DNA from: a virus
Lineage: Duplodnaviria; Caudoviricetes
Direction: 5' to 3' (one strand)
Virus record (IMG/VR): IMGVR_UViG_3300025277_000132
Coordinates: 1-26,113 of that record
DNA: 26,113 nt
Position numbers and translations under genes: made by a program. The notes under the pieces are model-generated. The model was given only the letters and a program-made list of their open reading frames with translations, did not search any database and was not told the DNA's origin. Shown in pieces: positions 24,982 through 26,113 of this stretch. Every line of letters starts with the position of its first letter. The stretch's first letter is position 1.

Positions 24982-26111
24982 TATCTTCTTCCTCCTGGTA
25001 CTACGTCTAATTCAAATCCTCTTATTATAAAAGGATTGTTTGTTGAGTTATCTTGTGAAATTCTAATTGCTATTGCAAAACCAGAACCTACCATCAGCTG
25101 TCTTAAAATAGGCGTTCCAAAACCTCCGTAAAAACCACTTCCATAAGCAGTAGATCCATATAAAGGCAACCCTACTTCACTAACAGATATTCCTGCAGGT
25201 TGAATTATATCTGCATCTTCATAATCAAACCTTGCTGAAAGCAGAAAAGTCATAGTGCCTTCTGCTTCGTAATTTATATTTATTCTTTTTAAAAGTTTTC
25301 TAATTCCTGGATCACCTAAAGTTAAGTCAGGTGATGTATAGGTTGCAGGAATATTTCCCCCATTAAAATTATTTCCAGACTCTTGTTTATAAACATAACC
25401 GTCATCATAACCGCCATGTAAAATATGTTCAGTATCTCCAATAAAATCACTAGTACAAACGTAAGGTTTTATACCTCTTATATCAGCCCACTCCCAATTT
25501 AAATCTCCTGCTGCTTGCCTTTTTAAAACTCCTATTAAACCTGGAGAAGCTATTTCAGCAGTTCCTGAAGAAGTAGGAAAAAATAATCTGTACTGCGTTT
25601 TTTCTCTTATTACTAGAGAAGATATATCTGCACTAGTAGCTTCTGTTAAAGTGCTTTGTACAGCTTTAGATATAGTTCCTAATTCTACATCGCCAATTTT
25701 TTCTGTAGCAGCAACGGTACGAATACCATCAGGTGCTAAAAATATAATGTCACCAGCTACTTCCTGAATTGAAAACCTATTTGTACATCCAATATTTCTA
25801 GATACAGGAGCTACCTGAAAATCTGCAATAGATGTACCAGCTAATCTAAATATAGAATTTTCACAAAATATATACAGTTGATCACGAAAAGCTTTTAAAC
25901 CTTCTATCTTATCTCCTACATCTATCGTTCCTGCTCCATTTGCAGCAGTAAAATCATTTTCAGAAAAAGGAGCAGAAAAATCTATCTGACTAGTATTGCC
26001 TGAATTAGCTCCTGTAAAAAATAAATGGTTTCTAAACTCTTCTACAGTATGTGGATCTGAAGGTGCTCCAGTACCACTTAATAAAGTATAAGTACTACCA
26101 TCGTAGATAAA
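24981..26111 (-). CDS. Tail nozzle / DNA stabilisation protein (P22 gp10-like), 5'-truncated by the window edge
   Basis: Manual translation shows the frame of the 90-aa track ORF stays open to the window end (about 376 aa): EEFRNHLFF, GLKAFRDQLYIFC, NIGC...SIQEVAGDIIFLAPDGIR, QYRLFF, YTSPDLTLGDPGIRK. The pattern fits a beta-propeller tail protein. Confidence 0.82.
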   Translation of the reverse strand, partial: FIYDGSTYTLLSGTGAPSDPHTVEEFRNHLFFTGANSGNTSQIDFSAPFSENDFTAANGAGTIDVGDKIEGLKAFRDQLYIFCENSIFRLAGTSIADFQVAPVSRNIGCTNRFSIQEVAGDIIFLAPDGIRTVAATEKIGDVELGTISKAVQSTLTEATSADISSLVIREKTQYRLFFPTSSGTAEIASPGLIGVLKRQAAGDLNWEWADIRGIKPYVCTSDFIGDTEHILHGGYDDGYVYKQESGNNFNGGNIPATYTSPDLTLGDPGIRKLLKRININYEAEGTMTFLLSARFDYEDADIIQPAGISVSEVGLPLYGSTAYGSGFYGGFGTPILRQLMVGSGFAIAIRISQDNSTNNPFIIRGFELDVVPGGRR

Positions 26112-26113
26112 AG

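Noticed and set aside
24981-25253. 90-aa stand-alone ORF and an apparently non-coding 25254-26113
   Set aside because: The frame is open to the window edge; this is the C-terminus of a larger tail protein.
1-26113. tRNA genes, introns/inteins, diversity-generating retroelement, alternative genetic code, T7-type phage promoters
   Set aside because: Intergenic gaps are too short for tRNAs, pol/helicase/nrdJ have ordinary lengths, no reverse transcriptase or RNA polymerase gene is in the window, genes read through in the standard code, and no repeated phage-promoter motif was noticed by eye.

Overview
AT-rich double-stranded DNA bacteriophage segment with no host genes. It looks like a marine podovirus of the HMO-2011 type, inferred from a family A DNA polymerase carrying a DnaJ-type CxxCxGxG zinc finger; a usg-like gene suggests an alphaproteobacterial host. 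Two arms converge at about 10.6 kb. The + arm (157-10592) encodes a small QLDLF-motif protein, separate primase and DnaB-like helicase, a polymerase split into exonuclease and DnaJ-PolA genes, a probable SSB, a Cas4-like exonuclease, T7 endonuclease I, DUF3310, class II ribonucleotide reductase, and an accessory block (RMF-like peptide, small membrane protein, SET-domain protein). The - arm (10636->26113) encodes a partial tail/DNA stabilisation protein, a repeat-rich tail fibre, five probable internal virion proteins, and a lysis-type cluster (holin-like, overlapping spanin pair) containing usg but no visible endolysin. The main oddities are an imperfect 78-bp inverted repeat forming two back-to-back sigma70-type promoters over polymerase motif C, the split polymerase, the SET protein with a DY->DF change next to an RMF-like gene, and usg inside the lysis cluster. 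All family assignments are from motif recognition by eye; no database search was run.
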